Origin: the human T2T-CHM13v2.0 reference genome, Homo sapiens
Length of the DNA: 64,000 nucleotides
Assembly: GCA_009914755.4 (NCBI GenBank)
Contig: CP068257.2
Span: 13,728,001 to 13,792,000 of the forward strand
Direction of reading: 5' to 3'
How positions within the stretch are numbered: position 1 is the first letter of the stretch; each line of letters starts with the position of its first letter. Both the position numbers and the translations under genes were made by a program. Below the pieces are notes generated by a model. That model was given only the letters and a program-made list of their open reading frames with translations, was not told the DNA's origin and did not search any database. Shown here piece after piece: positions 1 to 14,132 of the stretch.

Positions 1-2119
1 TTAGATACCAAGCAAAGCAGACTGGTATTGATACTTTGTCTCTCCCAATAAACTAGTCAACACAAAGGCCACCTTAAAATATAATAACATACAACTTTGT
101 TCTAATTCATCATGCAAAGTTCAATGAATGCTTCACAATAGGGAGTTTTCAAAGATTCTTTGATGAGTGGGATGGACTTTCTGAGTCTGATGCACAAACA
201 CTCATCTAGGTCATTCATAATTATTACCTCTTCTTAATTTCCTGTTAGGAATCTACTGCCAAACCCTATGTTTTCCTGAGAATGGCTGTGGAGGTCACCA
301 TTTATCTTCTATTCACATTTGCCACTACTCCAAGTCTCCATCTCCCAAATCAGTATTACTCTCATCATCTGTTTAACATGCCGTTCTGCCCCAGTGTGTC
401 CTACTTCTGATATCATCTTGCAAACACAGCAGCCAGAGAGAATCATACTAAAGCACTGCTTTGTCATGTTACTACCCTAAAATGGCTCCAAATTTCCTTT
501 AAGGTAAAGTGAAAGTAACTGTGGATCTCAGATTCTCCCTAAATGAATGCAATCCTTCTCTCCAATTTTTATGCTGGTTCCTAAGGCAAACTCGTAGCTC
601 CAGTGAGCTGGTCATCTTGTTCTTTTCCATATATGAAAAAATTCTGTTGTCGTGACATAGAAGCTCAGCTGTGCCTTCTACCACCCACCTAATGTCTTCG
701 TCTATCCAAGTTGTATCTACACTTTTGAGTTCAGATAAAATCTCAAATCCTGCATCATATCATTTGTTTCTCTTTGAGGTTCTCTGAGCACTAAAATTCT
801 CAACTTCTGCATTCACTGGCCTTCTTCTCCTATGCCCTGCTGGTGCACCTAAAGTTCTTATCACAGAAATCAGTCCTTCATTGCCCTTTCTGTGGATAAA
901 GATGCTCTCATTCAAGATAAATTTTACAGAGCTCCTTCTTCAATTTCAAATGTTTCCATTTATCTCCTAAGTAAACTGTAACTTCCGTGATGGAACCCAC
1001 ATTTTCATCCAGTGCTAACTTTATAGTAGGCACGTCTATGGATTTTACATGGATTTTTTAATATTATTTCATCCATTCTTACTAATCTAAGATGTAAATA
1101 TTATTATTATCTGAACTTCACAGATAAAGGAAGTGAGACAGTGAAGTTGTAAAAAGCCAGATTTACCCTAAAGAAAGAGCTATCAAGTGGAGAAGCTAAA
1201 ATTCAGATTCTCCTCTCATTCCAAAGCCCATGATCTTTCCCTGACAATATCAAACATCTTCCAAACTATCCTTTAAATCTTTATGACTGAGTTTAAATTA
1301 TTTAGATGTTTAGAACAAAATACCATTTTGTAACAAGAAGTTTTTTTTTAAATCTCAAATCTTTCTTAGGCAAACAGAATTGCAGTTAAAAAATTAAAAA
1401 AAAACATGAATGTTATGAAGTAGAATAAATAATTTTCTATTAAATAGAAATGGCTAGTGTTGATGATCATGGCATGTTGCCAGTGTGTAATGAGTCTGAG
1501 AAATCAAAACCTCAGAAGCTGAATCAAGCCAAACCCCTGAACTGGCTAAATGATATATTCTGAAGGATACATGAGGAGGAAAAATGAAGGGTGGGAGTTT
1601 TCCAAGGTTAATTACAGAACAATCATCTAGGAACAAGGCAGTGAGAACAGGGAGGTCTGGTATGCAATGTATGCTGAAGGGCTGGAACCAACACATTGAA
1701 GATATTATTCAAGTACAGTTCATTATTTAAGAACCCATTGCCCTCTGAATACTTTAAAGGTCGGGGTCAACTTTATACCAGACTTCATTTGCATTCTTTG
1801 TTAATTTAGAAATGTTCTCTTGAGTACCTCTTTAAGCCTCTCATTGTATAGTGTATAGGTACTCTATTATAAACATTCAGATTAATCAGCCAACTTTACC
1901 CAGGCCATGGTCTTTTTCTTGGCATTGTGCTAGGTGACCCAGAAAGTGCATAAATGTAAGATATATATGATATGATATTATAGATAGATGAATAGATACT
2001 ATTTATTAAGCATCTATTATATGATCAATACTTATGATATTTTCCATAACCTTCTGTTACATGTGGAAGGTAGAGGGAGTAGCAGCTTCCATTTTACAAA
2101 CAAAGAAACTGAGGTATAA

Positions 2120-2506
<387 letters not shown>

Positions 2507-2600
2507 TCTCTCTTTCTCTTTTAAAACTTGATTTTCTTTTACCTCAAGATAAATTTCATTACGCTGGGGAACAAACAGCTCCAAAATTTCATCACCCAGC

Positions 2601-2762
2601 AACTCTCCAAGGCAACTGTCCTCTTGTGGAGGCTCCGCATTGCAGGCTGCCAGGCTCGCAAAGCACCTCCACATCTACAGGAACTCTCCAAGGCAACTGT
2701 CCCCATGTGGAGGCTCCGCATTGCAGGCTGCCAGGCTCGTAAAGCACCTCCACATCTACAGG
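2601..2762. repeat. Tandem duplication, 81-bp unit x 2 (3 mismatches between units)
   Basis: Unit aactctccaaggcaactgtcc(tctt/ccat)gtggaggctccgcattgcaggctgccaggctcg(c/t)aaagcacctccacatctacagg occurs at 2601-2681 and 2682-2762. Five overlapping six-frame ORFs in this region are artefacts of the duplication. Confidence 0.9.
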
Positions 2763-2907
2763 GGCTTCCACAGCGGGGAAGAGTGTGGGGAGACACACAC
2801 CACTCTACATGCCTCAACTCAGAAGGGACGCCCTCCATTTCTGCTCTCATTTTGTTGCCCAATGCAAGTCACATGGAAACACCTAAATTCAAGGAGGTAT
2901 TTGCTTG

Positions 2908-3763
2908 TGATATGGAGAGGAGGCAGGGAAATACTGGGTAGAAGAGGACAGTTCCCTGGCAAAAGCAACGGTAGTAGAACAGTGGGGAGAGGGGGAGGGC
3001 ATTAAGCAATTTCAGTAATTCAGGATGAGATAATTGCATCTTGAGCCATTGTAATTCCACTCTCAAGCCTGGAAACCCATGATCCTAATTAGGAACAGGC
3101 ATTCTTGTTTTCAAGCCTAAAAGTTGCCTTTTGGCCCGCCCCATTCCCCTCTTCTCTACCCATATAAACCCCAAACCCCAGGCTCCATGAGCAGAAGATA
3201 AGAGGGGCAGAAGAGCAGCAGAGTAGCAGAGTGGTGTGGCAGAGAAGGAGAGGAGAAAAGGAGTATCTGAACATCGAGAGGAGTTTGTCTGGGGGCATTC
3301 AGAGAGGAGATCAGCAGCAGGAAGGCTGATCTGGTGAAGATCATCTTCCCACTCCATCCCATTTCCAGCTCCCCATCCATCCCGCTGAGAACCACCTCTA
3401 TCCAGCAATAAAATCCCCCACATTTACCATCCTTCAATTTGTTCATGTGGCTTGATTCTTCCTGGATGCCAGACAAGAACTTAGGTAGCAAGAGGGCACT
3501 GAGCCGGCTAACACTTAAGCCATCTGTGAATGACAGAGCTAAAAGAGCACTGTAACACACCCACTGGGGCTTTGAGAGTCACAGGCACCCACGCCTAGAT
3601 GCTACCATGGGGCCACAGCCCAGAAGCGCTCACCCTGGCTCCTGCACCTGCCCATCTGTGTGTTCCCCCTCCCATAACGGGTTTGAGTATGTGGCAGCTG
3701 AACACACAAACCGTGCCTCTGTTGCATGTCCTGTCAGGGGAGTCAGGGAGCTCTCTCATTTCA
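2908..3763 (+). mobile_element. Solo LTR-like element, copy A (~856 bp), family not assigned (ERV-derived)
   Basis: Begins tgatatggag and ends ..ctctctcatttca (canonical TG...CA ends). Internally it has a GC box ggcccgcccc (3133-3142), TATAAA (3163-3168) and AATAAA (3407-3412) about 240 bp downstream, i.e. a U3-R-U5-like layout. It is about 80% identical to copies at 8150-8916 and 14133-14693. Confidence 0.65.
3133..3412 (+). promoter_or_regulatory. LTR-internal promoter-like motifs (Sp1-type GC box, TATA box, polyadenylation signal)
   Basis: ggcccgcccc at 3133-3142, catataaacc with TATAAA at 3163-3168, caataaaatcc with AATAAA at 3407-3412. These are sequence motifs only; there is no evidence that they are active. 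Confidence 0.3.
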
Positions 3764-5574
3764 CTTGGAAAGAGATAATGACAAATCTCAAAAATATACA
3801 TTATACCTCCATGAAATACATTGTATTACAACAATATACCTCAACAATTTATATTCTGTTTCAATTCAATAGGTAGGTAGTAAGTCTTTACTTAAAATGT
3901 TTTGCTAAGAGCAAAAGTGATAGGACTTGGTTCCTGATATGAAGGGATTGACAGTCTGATAAGGATAGTAAATCCTATAAAAATAAAATGTATTAACAAA
4001 GAAGGACAAGGAATATTTGAACTCAGAAGAAATAAAGGCAACTTGGATCTGGGGATATTAAGGAAGGTTTAAGGCATTTAAATGGTTTTTTTGGAGAATT
4101 AGTAGGATTTTATTAGGAAATACAAGGAAGAAAGTCCTTCTAGATGAAGAAAGAAAAGGGATAAAGATGTAATAGGACATTTTACTTGTGGCATAGCTAC
4201 CAAGGGCAAGTGACTTAAGACATCCTCCTCCTCCATCCCTGGGGCAAAGCAAGGCTTCTTCAGTGGTGATGGGAAGGGACAGGAAATTTGTAAGAGTTCC
4301 CTGCCCTGTGACTACCTGCTTTGTCTGGTTTTTGCTTTCACACTGCTTCCATTAACATATTTTTATCATAGCCAGCACAAGGAATATTCTAGAGTATTAT
4401 GTTATTTTGTGTTTAAAGGGTCCTACTTTTGGAAAATATTTATAAGGGGAGATGACCCTCCTGGCTCCATAAACAGCTACTCATGTGCCCCTTCCCCAAC
4501 ATATTCATTCACTTTTGGGTTTGGAGGCCACTGAAAAGTGGCCTGAAACTGATTTCTAATTAACCAACCCAGGAAGCTGAGAAGTCACACACAGGTAAAG
4601 GGATTGGACCTCTGACCAACTCGGAGATTCATGGAGAACATGTCAATGGAATGGAATAGCTATTGTCCCAAAGCCAGAAATGATAACGGAAATTCTAATA
4701 GAAAACTTACTATATGTAAACAGAGATTTTGAACTGAAAGGCTGGACTCAATGTCCAAGATATAGGTAATGCATGCGCCAGGTATATACTCAACTACTAT
4801 GAAATTATTCCTAACTCAGGCCTGGAGATGGGTTATGGAACCTGGAAGAAACGCTCAGTTGTCTGATTTGAAAGTGCAAAGGCCAGTGCTTACTCAGAAA
4901 CACTGCTAAGTGTCCCACAAAACTGGTGAAACCATTTAGAGGAGACCCTCAGGAAAAATTCTGTGTGGCAGCCACAACTGCCATCCATCTAGCTCAAGTG
5001 GCCAGTCACACGTCACACTTCCATTGCATCAGGTTCACATAACCTTCTCATGAAGTAAATTTTCTGGTGATGGAGAGACAGATCGTATAGAAATACATGT
5101 GTATAACAGTTAGTAAGTCAAATGATAGAAGTTGCTGTGGAGATAAACATGGCAAGGAAAAGAGGCAGGGCACATCTGTGAGAGTTTACAATTTTTAATA
5201 GAATGATCAGAAAAGATCTCACTGAAAGGTAAGTTTGATAAAAGGTTACAGGGAGTGAGGGCGCAAGCCCTGTGTTTCCTTAGGGCAAGAACATTTTAAT
5301 CAGAGAGAAAAGCAAATGAAATTTCTGCAACAGAAGCATGCATGTTTGTTTTCAAGGAACACTGGAATCTAGTGAGGCTGGGGTGGAGTTAGCAAGGGGA
5401 GAGTTTACCAAAAGAAGTCAGAAAGACAGCAGTTTGTGCAGTGCATTATAAAGACTTTGGCGTTTACTCTGGAGATCTAGAAACTTTTTAAAACATTTTG
5501 AGCCAAGATGTGATATGAAAAGGCTGACATATTTCAAAGGCTCTCCCAAGCCGCCATGTTGAGATTAGACAACA

Positions 5575-5663
5575 GCAGAGCAGTAGTACAACGGTGGGGA
5601 GTGGGGGAGGGCATTAAGCAATTTCAGTAATTCAGGTATGAGATAATGGCATCTTGAGCCATT
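5575..5663 (+). mobile_element. Short fragment of the same LTR family (matches 5' part of copy A, ~2955-3050)
   Basis: cagtagtacaacggtggggagtgggggagggcattaagcaatttcagtaattcaggtatgagataatggcatcttgagccattgtaatt is nearly identical to caacggtagtagaacagtggggagagggggagggcattaagcaatttcagtaattcaggatgagataattgcatcttgagccattgtaatt in copy A. Confidence 0.5.
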
Positions 5664-8149
5664 GTAATTGTGGAGCTAATGAGAGGTGGTCACATTTTAG
5701 ATACGTTTTGAAGGTGAAGTTGTCAAGATTTGCCGAGATTTGCATGTGAGATGAGAAACAAGTGCCCAGAATTACACCAAAGTTTTTAGTCTCAGAAATG
5801 GAAAGGATAAAGTTGTCATTAACTGGAGTGGGGAAGACTATGAGAGGAGCAAGGTGTGGGGAGTAAAATTGTGACTTATGTTTTTGGAACATCCAAGTGG
5901 AGATATCAACTTGATGTGTGAATCTGAAGGTCAAAGGAGAGGTCCAAGCTAAAAATGTAAACTTAGGGGTCATCAGGATGTGGATGGTATTTTAAAAAAT
6001 AAGCATGGACTATATCACTGAAGAGTCAATGTAATGGGAGAGAGGTTGGAAGACTGAGCCCTGGACCACTGCAATATTTAGAGGTCTACCTAGTTCTCGA
6101 AAGTCAGCCCGGAACCAGATTTTACAGGGTAGACTGGGATATACGCCCCATAGTAAGATATCAGTTTAGGTCTTAGTCACATGACGATGTCTGTATGCTT
6201 TTACAACCCTAGATTAAATGCTTGATATGAGCCACAGCCCCAAACAATGATAATCAGTAATATCTTTCAAGCCCACCCCAGCCTCCTAAACCCTTAGACC
6301 ATTTTATATAAACACTCTTAGGCTTTAGCCCAGTTGCCTATTCATAGCTTTAGTCCCACTTAACACTTTGTGTTGTCTTCCATTTATGTACATAGAAATA
6401 TTTGTTTACCTTGTTTGTGAGCATGATTGTGTAATTGATTTCCATTTTGTATTTTATCTGTGCATGTGCTTGAATCAGAAGTATGTGACGGAATAAATTT
6501 ACTAGTCCATCTTGACCTCGTCTTTTCATAGGCATTCAGTACAGTTGGCTTCTTCTTTCTTGCTGAACACTTTCTTGGCAATGGCTTCTATTCCACCACA
6601 TGATCCCCATTTTCTCCTGCTTTCAGGGCTATTTCTCTGGTCCTTTGCTATTTCACTTTTCCTATCCTAGAACTCTAAATGTGGGAGTTTCTTAGGGCTT
6701 ATTCTCCAAGCCCTCATCTTCACAATCTATACTCTCTCCTTCAACAATCTCATCTGTACATCTGGTTTGAAATACCATTTATATGCTAATTACTTTCATA
6801 TTCATATCTCCCTTCCCGGCCTCTCTTCTAAACTCCAAACTTGAATATTTACCTACATACACATTTGATTCTTAGAAGCACCCCAGATTAGAGTTGTTCA
6901 AAATGAAATTTTTGACCTTTCCTTCCAATCTAGTTTTCTTCCAGTATTTCTGATTTTAGCAACCACCCAGTGGTTTATGCCAGGAAGAAGCATTTCATCT
7001 TTAACACTTTTTTCTCCTTTATTTCCGTATTCATATCACCATAAAATCTTGCAATTCAACCTCCAAAATATATGGTAAGCCCATAATTTTATAAAATATC
7101 TATGTAAGGCAAAGCCTGAAGTTCTGTGAAACAATATGAAGCTAATGGAGCCTCTTAGAAGTTGCACTGTAAATGAGTATCATTTGATCTTGGATGAAAC
7201 AAAATAAAAATATTACACCTAATTCCTTTCTTTTGGGATTGAAATGGTAAACTTCTAAAGTTAGAACGGACTTTAGGGGCATCTTGCCATATTCACTGTC
7301 TTTGTAATAAAAAACTAAAACCCAGGGAGAAAAGTGACTATCTGAGGTTCCTACAATTAGTAATGAAAGAGGATTAGCACCTACGTCTCCCAATTCAGTC
7401 CAGTGCTCTTTCACAGCACCAAATTGGCAGACATCCATGACTAAGCTCTGATAAATATGAGGCTTATGCCATACAAATAGTCTCTTTTATATCTGTTATT
7501 TCCTGAAAAAGTAAGACAAAAGTGGCTTTGTAGGTATTTGCAGCTCTGTATTAGTAGGGTGGATTTAGTTTTTGTCTTAGCATAAACATGATTTTACTTA
7601 CGAAACACTGATCTTAAAACAAATAAGCAAACTAACAAATGACCTAGCTTAAATATAGCTCAGGCTAAAGTAATGCAATTATTTTAGGTAAATGGTATTT
7701 GTATATTTGTGTAAGGTCTAAGATTTTGGAAGAAAACTTCTGGGCAATCAATGGCCTTTTGCCGTCTCTACCTCATCTCTTCCTAGACTCCATTACTGCT
7801 TTCAGAACTATTCTGTTATAAGCTTTAAAAACAGATTACCATCCTTTATTTGATACAGAAGATAATCCTGTTGATGTTTTTGAAACCAAGTTGTCTACAA
7901 ATCTGATCCACTTAAATAAAATATGATAACAAAACTGTGCCTGTCAGTCTCTGAAGAAACTGAGAGTAGAATTAACAAAATGTAATTAAGGTAATCCAAG
8001 TAAAGATTAAGGCAGTCGATGACAAAATTATTTTCCTATAGAATAGAGTTGTATTTCTGAGTGGAAGCTCAAATTCTCCTCTCTTTACCTTGGTGGAATC
8101 CTATTATTACTTTGATTCAAGTATATCTTTGCAATTAAACTGCTATTAA

Positions 8150-8916
8150 TTATATGGAAATGAGACAGGAAAATACTGTGTAGAAGAGGGCAGTTCCCCT
8201 GCAAAGGCCCCACACTCAAGCCTGAAAACCCATGACCCTAAATGGGAACAGGCATTTCTGTTTTTGCACCCAAAAGTTGCCTTTTGGCCCACCATGCCCC
8301 CCCATCTTGTACTCATATAAACCCCAGATCCCAGGTTCCAGAAGCACACAAGGCAGAGACGAACAGAAGAGTAGAAGAATGGCAGAACAGCACAGCAGAG
8401 AGAAGAGAAGGAACATCCAAATGCCAAGAAGAGTTTGGCTGGGGGCGGTCAAAGAGAGATTGGCTGCTGGATAGCCAAACTCCAGAAGATCATCTTCCCA
8501 CTCCATTCCCTTTCCAGCTCCCCATCCATCGCACTGAGAGCTACCTCCACCACTCAATAAAACCCCTGCATTTATCCTTCAAGTCCGTGTATGACCTGAT
8601 TCTTACTGAACATCAGACAAGGACCTGGGTACCAAGAGGGCACTGAGTTGGTTAACACTTAAGCCATCTGCAGATGGCAAAGCTAAAGGAGTGCACTGTA
8701 ACACATGCCATGCCAACTTTGGCTTCAGGAGTTGGAGACACCCACCCCTAGATGCTACTGTGGGATTGGAGCCCCAAAGTGCTTGCCCAAGCTCCTGCAC
8801 CTACCCATCTGCATGCTCCCCCTTCTGTAAAGGGTTTGAGTGCATAGCAGCTGAACACACAAGCCACACCCCTGTTGCACATCCTGCAAAGGGCGTCAGG
8901 GAGCTCTCTTGTTTCA
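8150..8916 (+). mobile_element. Solo LTR-like element, copy B (~767 bp), same family as 2908-3763
   Basis: Starts ttatatggaaatgagacaggaaaatactgtgtagaagagggcagttcccctgcaaag (cf. copy A tgatatggagaggaggcagggaaatactgggtagaagaggacagttccctggcaaaag). TATAAA at ~8326-8331 and AATAAA at ~8556-8561. Ends ctcttgtttca. It lacks the ~95-bp segment that is present in copy A and in the 5575-5663 fragment. Confidence 0.65.
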
Positions 8917-9602
8917 CTAATAGAAACTATTAGAGTGAAATCCTATATTATTTTTAAATTCTAAGCTTGAAGTTTTAGATAAATAATATTTATCATAGGA
9001 ATGGGACTATGCAACTTAGTTCCATTAATAAAAATAGTGAAATGAAGTCTATTTGTTTTATCCAATGTAAGAATGTTTAAGAATATGCCTTTAATTGACA
9101 TCTAACTTTGGACTTTGGCAAAAGAAGAGTCATTAAAACAAATACTGTTTATGTTGTCACATACCTAATTTTGGCTGCATGTTTTAAAATCATATGGTTG
9201 TGGATCATCAGGGTTAAGGGTATAGACTTTAGGTTCAGAAAAATCTGGTTTAAATCTTGCCTCAGTCACTTCCTCATGATTGAACAAATTACTTAATACT
9301 TGTAAGTCTCTTTCAAGTCATCTGCAAAGCTGTAATAATTATTTCTCCCTAAGAATGTTACTGTGAATATTCAAGTAGATAATATATTCAAGGTCTTAAG
9401 CACAGTACTTAGCACATAGAAAAGGATCAAACCATAAATATTTATATGTGAATAAATTAATGAATGAATGATATAGGTGAATCTTGCTATTTATATTTAT
9501 GGCATAAAAAGGAACCTGAAATGTAATGTATACATTTTATATCCTGGTGGATTTGTATTCTATTAATGATAATAATAGTGATAGTCACCACCTTTTGGTC
9601 TC

Positions 9603-10077
9603 TCTATTAGTTTCCTGTAACTTCTTTAATAAAGTACTACAAACTGCATGGCTTAAATTTGCAGAAATTTATTCTTTTACAGTTCTGGTGGTAAGAAATC
9701 TCAAATCAAGGTGTTGCCAGGGCCACACTTCCTCTGGAGGCTCTAGCAGAAAATCCTTTTTGTGCCTCTTTCAGATTCTGGTAGCTGCTGGCATTCCTTG
9801 GCTGGGACCATATTCTAATTTCTGCCGCCAGGGTCACATTGGCTCCTCCTGTTCTGTGTCAAATATCTCACTGTCTCACCTTTATAAAAGCACTTGTGAT
9901 TGGATTTAGGGCCTTTATAGATAATCCAGGATGATCACCTTATCTAAAAAATCCTTCACTTAATTACATCTACAAAGACCCTTTCTCCAAATAAGGTAAC
10001 ATTCACAGGTTCCCAAGATCAGAACATGAACATATCCTTTTGGGGGCCATCATTCAACTCACTATAGTCTCTAGAGT
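9603..10077 (+). mobile_element. Ancient mammalian interspersed repeat (MER/MamRep class, family not assigned)
   Basis: Starts ctattagtttcctgtaac...acaaactgcatggcttaaa...aaatttattcttttacagttctggtggtaagaaatctcaaatcaaggtgttgccagggcc...ctctggaggctctag and ends ...ccaaataaggtaacattcacaggttcccaagatcagaacatgaacatatccttttgggggccatcattcaactcacta. This matches a widespread repeat consensus I recall but cannot name with confidence. Confidence 0.5.
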
Positions 10078-10879
10078 TTGGCACCAAGAGTCACAAAATG
10101 GATATGCTTAGACCTTGCAATCTATTTATAGATATGAAAACATAATCACCACATAATATAGGATGTTTAATAGAATTATTTACAGTGTGCTAAGAGAAGA
10201 GAAATGATAAACTGACTAATTTCATCAGTAAAGCCACGGAGAGATTCATAGCAAAATTGCATTTGAGCTGGATTCTGATGGATGAGTAGGTATTTGTCTA
10301 AGAAGAGAAGAAAAAATTGTATGTTCAAATCTCAGGGAAGACCTCAAAGTAGAATTCTAAAAATATGTGGTGGGTTACGGAATAACCTGTATGGTGTGGG
10401 AGTGGGCTAGAATGTAGCTTGGTAAGATGAGCTCGTCTCAATTAGATCGAGACTTGTATGGCAAGATAAAGGGTTTTAAATATACCTGCAATCAACAAAA
10501 AATTCCTGGTACTTTTTTTTTATACAGCCAGAAAATGTTATTATCTCTTCTTCCCATGGAGGTTGGAATGGAGAGAAGACAGCAAGAAGTCTTGACTTTC
10601 AGGTAGAAGACACAATAGTCCAGGGGAGACCTAAGGTAGTGATAGTGAGGATAGAGAGAAGAAGTATATTTCAAAGCCGTGTCTAAGGCTGTAATACTAA
10701 GGCATATGCATAGAGAGGTCTCTCATTTGGGCAACTGATTAATACTAATAATAGAAATAGGGGCTAACATACAAATGCCTAATGTCCCCACAACACTAAA
10801 CCAATTATCATTACCTGAGGCCATCATGTTCCTTCAGACTTCCACACTATGGTATCTGAAGCCTCGTTCCTCTTTCATT

Positions 10880-11175
10880 CCGAACATTTCCATCTCTTCT
10901 ACCCCTGCGTTGTCTAAGCTAACCACTTAAGTTTAGTTCATGTGTTACTTCTTTCAAGAAATTCTCTCTGACCCACTAAAATTTAGTTTTGAACTTGGCC
11001 AATCTTGGTTGTAAGCCTTATCAAACTGTTTTTGAATTGCGTGTTTTATAGTCTTATCTGTGAATTCCTTTTAAGGCAGGGAACTTGACATTTATTTTTG
11101 CATTTCTAGCACCTAGATTTGGGCTTGGCTCACCGTAGGAGTGAAATGTAGTTTGGTGAATTTAAAAAAAGAATG
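10880..11175 (+). mobile_element. L2/MIR-type 3' end relic (low confidence)
   Basis: ...tcttatctgtgaattccttttaaggcagggaacttgacatttatttttgcatttctagcacctagatttgggcttggctcaccgtaggagtgaaatgtagtttggtgaattt resembles the L2/MIR 3' consensus (..ctgtgagctccttgagggcagggactgtgtcttatt..cagcgcctagcacagtgcctggcacatagtaggtgctcaataaatatttgttgaatgaa). Confidence 0.4.
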
Positions 11176-12286
11176 TTGGTGGTGGAGTGGGGCCAGAGTA
11201 ATTAGCTAAAATTAGAGAGCTCTTGACCGCTGTTAGGTGGTGACAAATGCCTATGGGTCCACAGTCACTTAGTATTAGAAATAAGGTGAAGCCTAATGAT
11301 AGAAGTTGCAGGTTACTCCTTGCTGTTCATACTCCAGTTCGTTGACTGGCAAAGCCTGCAGTGCAGAATCTGTCCAACTCCTCTATTTGAAACCAACTTC
11401 TAGGCCTATCTTCTGGTCACTTCCTTTTCTTTTTCCAGCCACGTCTTGAAGCGACAAGGAAAAAGTAACAGATTGCAAAATATCAGACACTTCAAATCTA
11501 TTATTCCCTTTTATTTTTTATCACAAGGTACTGAAAAACATTTCCTCTCTGGGGATAGAAAAGGTGAACAGCTAAATATCTGACTCTAGCATCAGATCTA
11601 ACCCCAGAGCCTCATCATTATATTAAAATGAGAGAGTTTATGAGACAAGTTTAATTGGGCAAATAAAGAGCCTGTTAAGAGAAAGCAAGTATTAACCATC
11701 AACCATTTTGTCTTAGGCAACAAAAAATGTTTATAGCTACTCCTCAGCTGCAGAACCCATCGCGCCATAAGAGACATTACATGTTAATAAGGAGACGCTT
11801 TGGTGCAACTGTTATCTCTCTACGTGATTAAAAAATGCTTGAGGTGAAGTTACTTACCAAGGTTTTCCTACACTATAGCCCTTGGGAAATCATTTTTTAA
11901 AAGTTAAATAAGATAAAGTAGATTGAAGGAAATCACTGTTTCAAAATGTAAACGCGTGACATTTAGCATCTGCATTTTTTTAACGAGTGAGAATTACGTT
12001 TCACAATGTTCTGTTAATGCTGTTATGCGGATTAGTACAGACCTGGAGACTGAGAGAAATAAGGCATAGCCTAAAGAAACGAATCAGAAACCAATTAAAA
12101 CAAACTGTCAGGTTTAGTCTACGAGGCCCACTGCCCCCAAACATGTTCTTATTACGAATAAAGAGGTGCAGGTGAACATGTTTTTCAGGACTTTTATTTA
12201 ACTTCACTATAAGACAGTTATTAAGATTAATCCTGACTTTGGAGTAAAAACAAAGTGCTGAAAGCTCAATTTTAGGATAAAAAGTC

Positions 12287-12566
12287 GGCTGGGCATGGTG
12301 GCTCATACCTGTAATCTCAGCACTTTGGGAGGCCGAAGTGGGCGGATCACCTGATGTCAGGAGTTTGAGACTAGCCTGGCCAACATGGTGAAACCCTGTT
12401 TCTACTAAAAATACAAAAACTAACCGGGTGTGGTGGCAGGTGCCTATAATCCCAGCTACTTGGGAGCTGAGGCAGGAGAATCACCTGAACCAAGGAGGCG
12501 GAGGTTGTGGTGAGCCAAGATCACGCCACTTCACTCCAGCCTGGGCAAAAGAGTGAAACTCCATCT

Positions 12567-12602
<36 letters not shown>
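12287..12602 (+). mobile_element. Alu SINE, sense orientation, full length with ~35-nt poly-A tail
   Basis: ggctgggcatggtggctcatacctgtaatctcagcactttgggaggccgaagtgggcggatcacctgatgtcaggagtttgagactagcctggccaacatggtgaaaccctgtttctactaaaaatacaaaaa...cccagctacttgggagctgaggcaggagaatcacctgaacc...ctgggcaaaagagtgaaactccatctc followed by A35. Confidence 0.93.
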
Positions 12603-12605
<3 letters not shown>

Positions 12606-14132
12606 GAGCAACAAATAATATTAGGACCATAACTTATGCCTAATCTTCAGATATGTTAACTGACCATTTGGGGCCTGAAATGTTATATTCAATCTTAGTC
12701 TTAAAGTTATCAATTAGAAAATAGAAACATGTACTTCAATAGAATTATACTTTGCTCTCTTCTAGTTCCCATTCCCCAATAAATGAAGCAATTATCTAAT
12801 AGTTCAGTAGTTCCATTAGAAGGCATGGTCAGGACTGGAGTTTTCTGTATCATAAAACTAGGAAGAGGCTCTATAGGTATAGTCCTAGGAGATGCGGAAG
12901 ATGCTAACTACATAGACTGTTTGCAACAGCTGAGTGATCCTTTGATCAAATGATCAAATTAAGCATGTCTGATTCAAGCTAAGAGTGCAGGAGGGCTTCA
13001 AAAGGAATTTTCTCCTGAGATTTCAAAAGTCTTAGGGCATATACTTAAGGGCAGGGAGAACAAAGCAGTTGTCTTTTTACCTTACTTGTTCACTCTTGTG
13101 GAATAAGTTGAAGAAACCAGGCATGCTTATCCTGAAGAAGAGCTGGCTCTGTGGGAACATGATGCTGCTGTCAATTATTTGTAGGACTGTTTAGTGGAAG
13201 AGAGAGTAGACTCTTCCATATACAGAATCAAGAGATAAGACAAGGATGAGTTACAGAGAGATGGAGTTCTGAACATGAAAAGGAAGATGATCTTGCCAGC
13301 CTGAAATGTATGCCTACCTTGGAGATAGTGATCTCATCATCACTAGAAGCAACCAGGTATAGCCTAAATAGCCATTTATTGGATAGTGAGGAAATGAAAT
13401 TCAAGTCCTATGGGGTTGGGGTGGATTGATCTATTGATGACGCAAGAGATTTTTTTTTTTTCTAAGTGTAATAGTCTTGACTTCTTTGAAGAGTAAAGTG
13501 CTATGCAGAGAACTCCCACTTCTAGCTATGATGGAGTAGCTAGTACTGGACTAGTACTTCTGATGTAAACGATATTAAAAGTGAAAAAATTTTATGAAAG
13601 ATAACTATTTCTAGACTTTGGGAAAAAAATTGCAAGACTATAATCTCTGAAAGAAAGGAAACAAATGAGATGAGCCCTATCATTTCCCCAGGTTTCTGCT
13701 TGGAGGCATGTTCCAGACTGGTGCATGGAAGTGGAAAACATTTCAGAGCAGAATGTTCTCTTTGAATTAAAGAAACATTGATCAGAACTTGGGAAGGATT
13801 AGTTGTCTAGAATTTGTAGGGCTGAATGAAAAGAAGGGAATTATTCAGAGAAAGATGCCCAGAAATCTTAGCATTTTCCAGGGACTCAAGATAGCCCCTG
13901 TGCAGATTTCTGAGCATTTTACAAAGTAGAACAAATAACTCCTGGAGAAAGACAAAGCATTGAGTAATAATAAACTGGATAACTACTGAAATCCATAGAC
14001 CTGAAGACTGGGAGACATTCAAGTTCCAACCATCCAGAGTTAAGTGGGCTTACTCAGTATGCTGGGCATCCAGTAGAAATCCCAAGAAGCTCATGTATTA
14101 AGCTCACTAAACTTGTCTTTTAGTAAAAACTT

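Noticed and set aside
3085-3560. ORFs inside LTR copies (3085-3560 minus strand, 8216-8646 both strands, 14113-14647 both strands)
   Set aside because: They are located within the solo LTR copies. LTRs are non-coding, and the three copies do not preserve a common reading frame.
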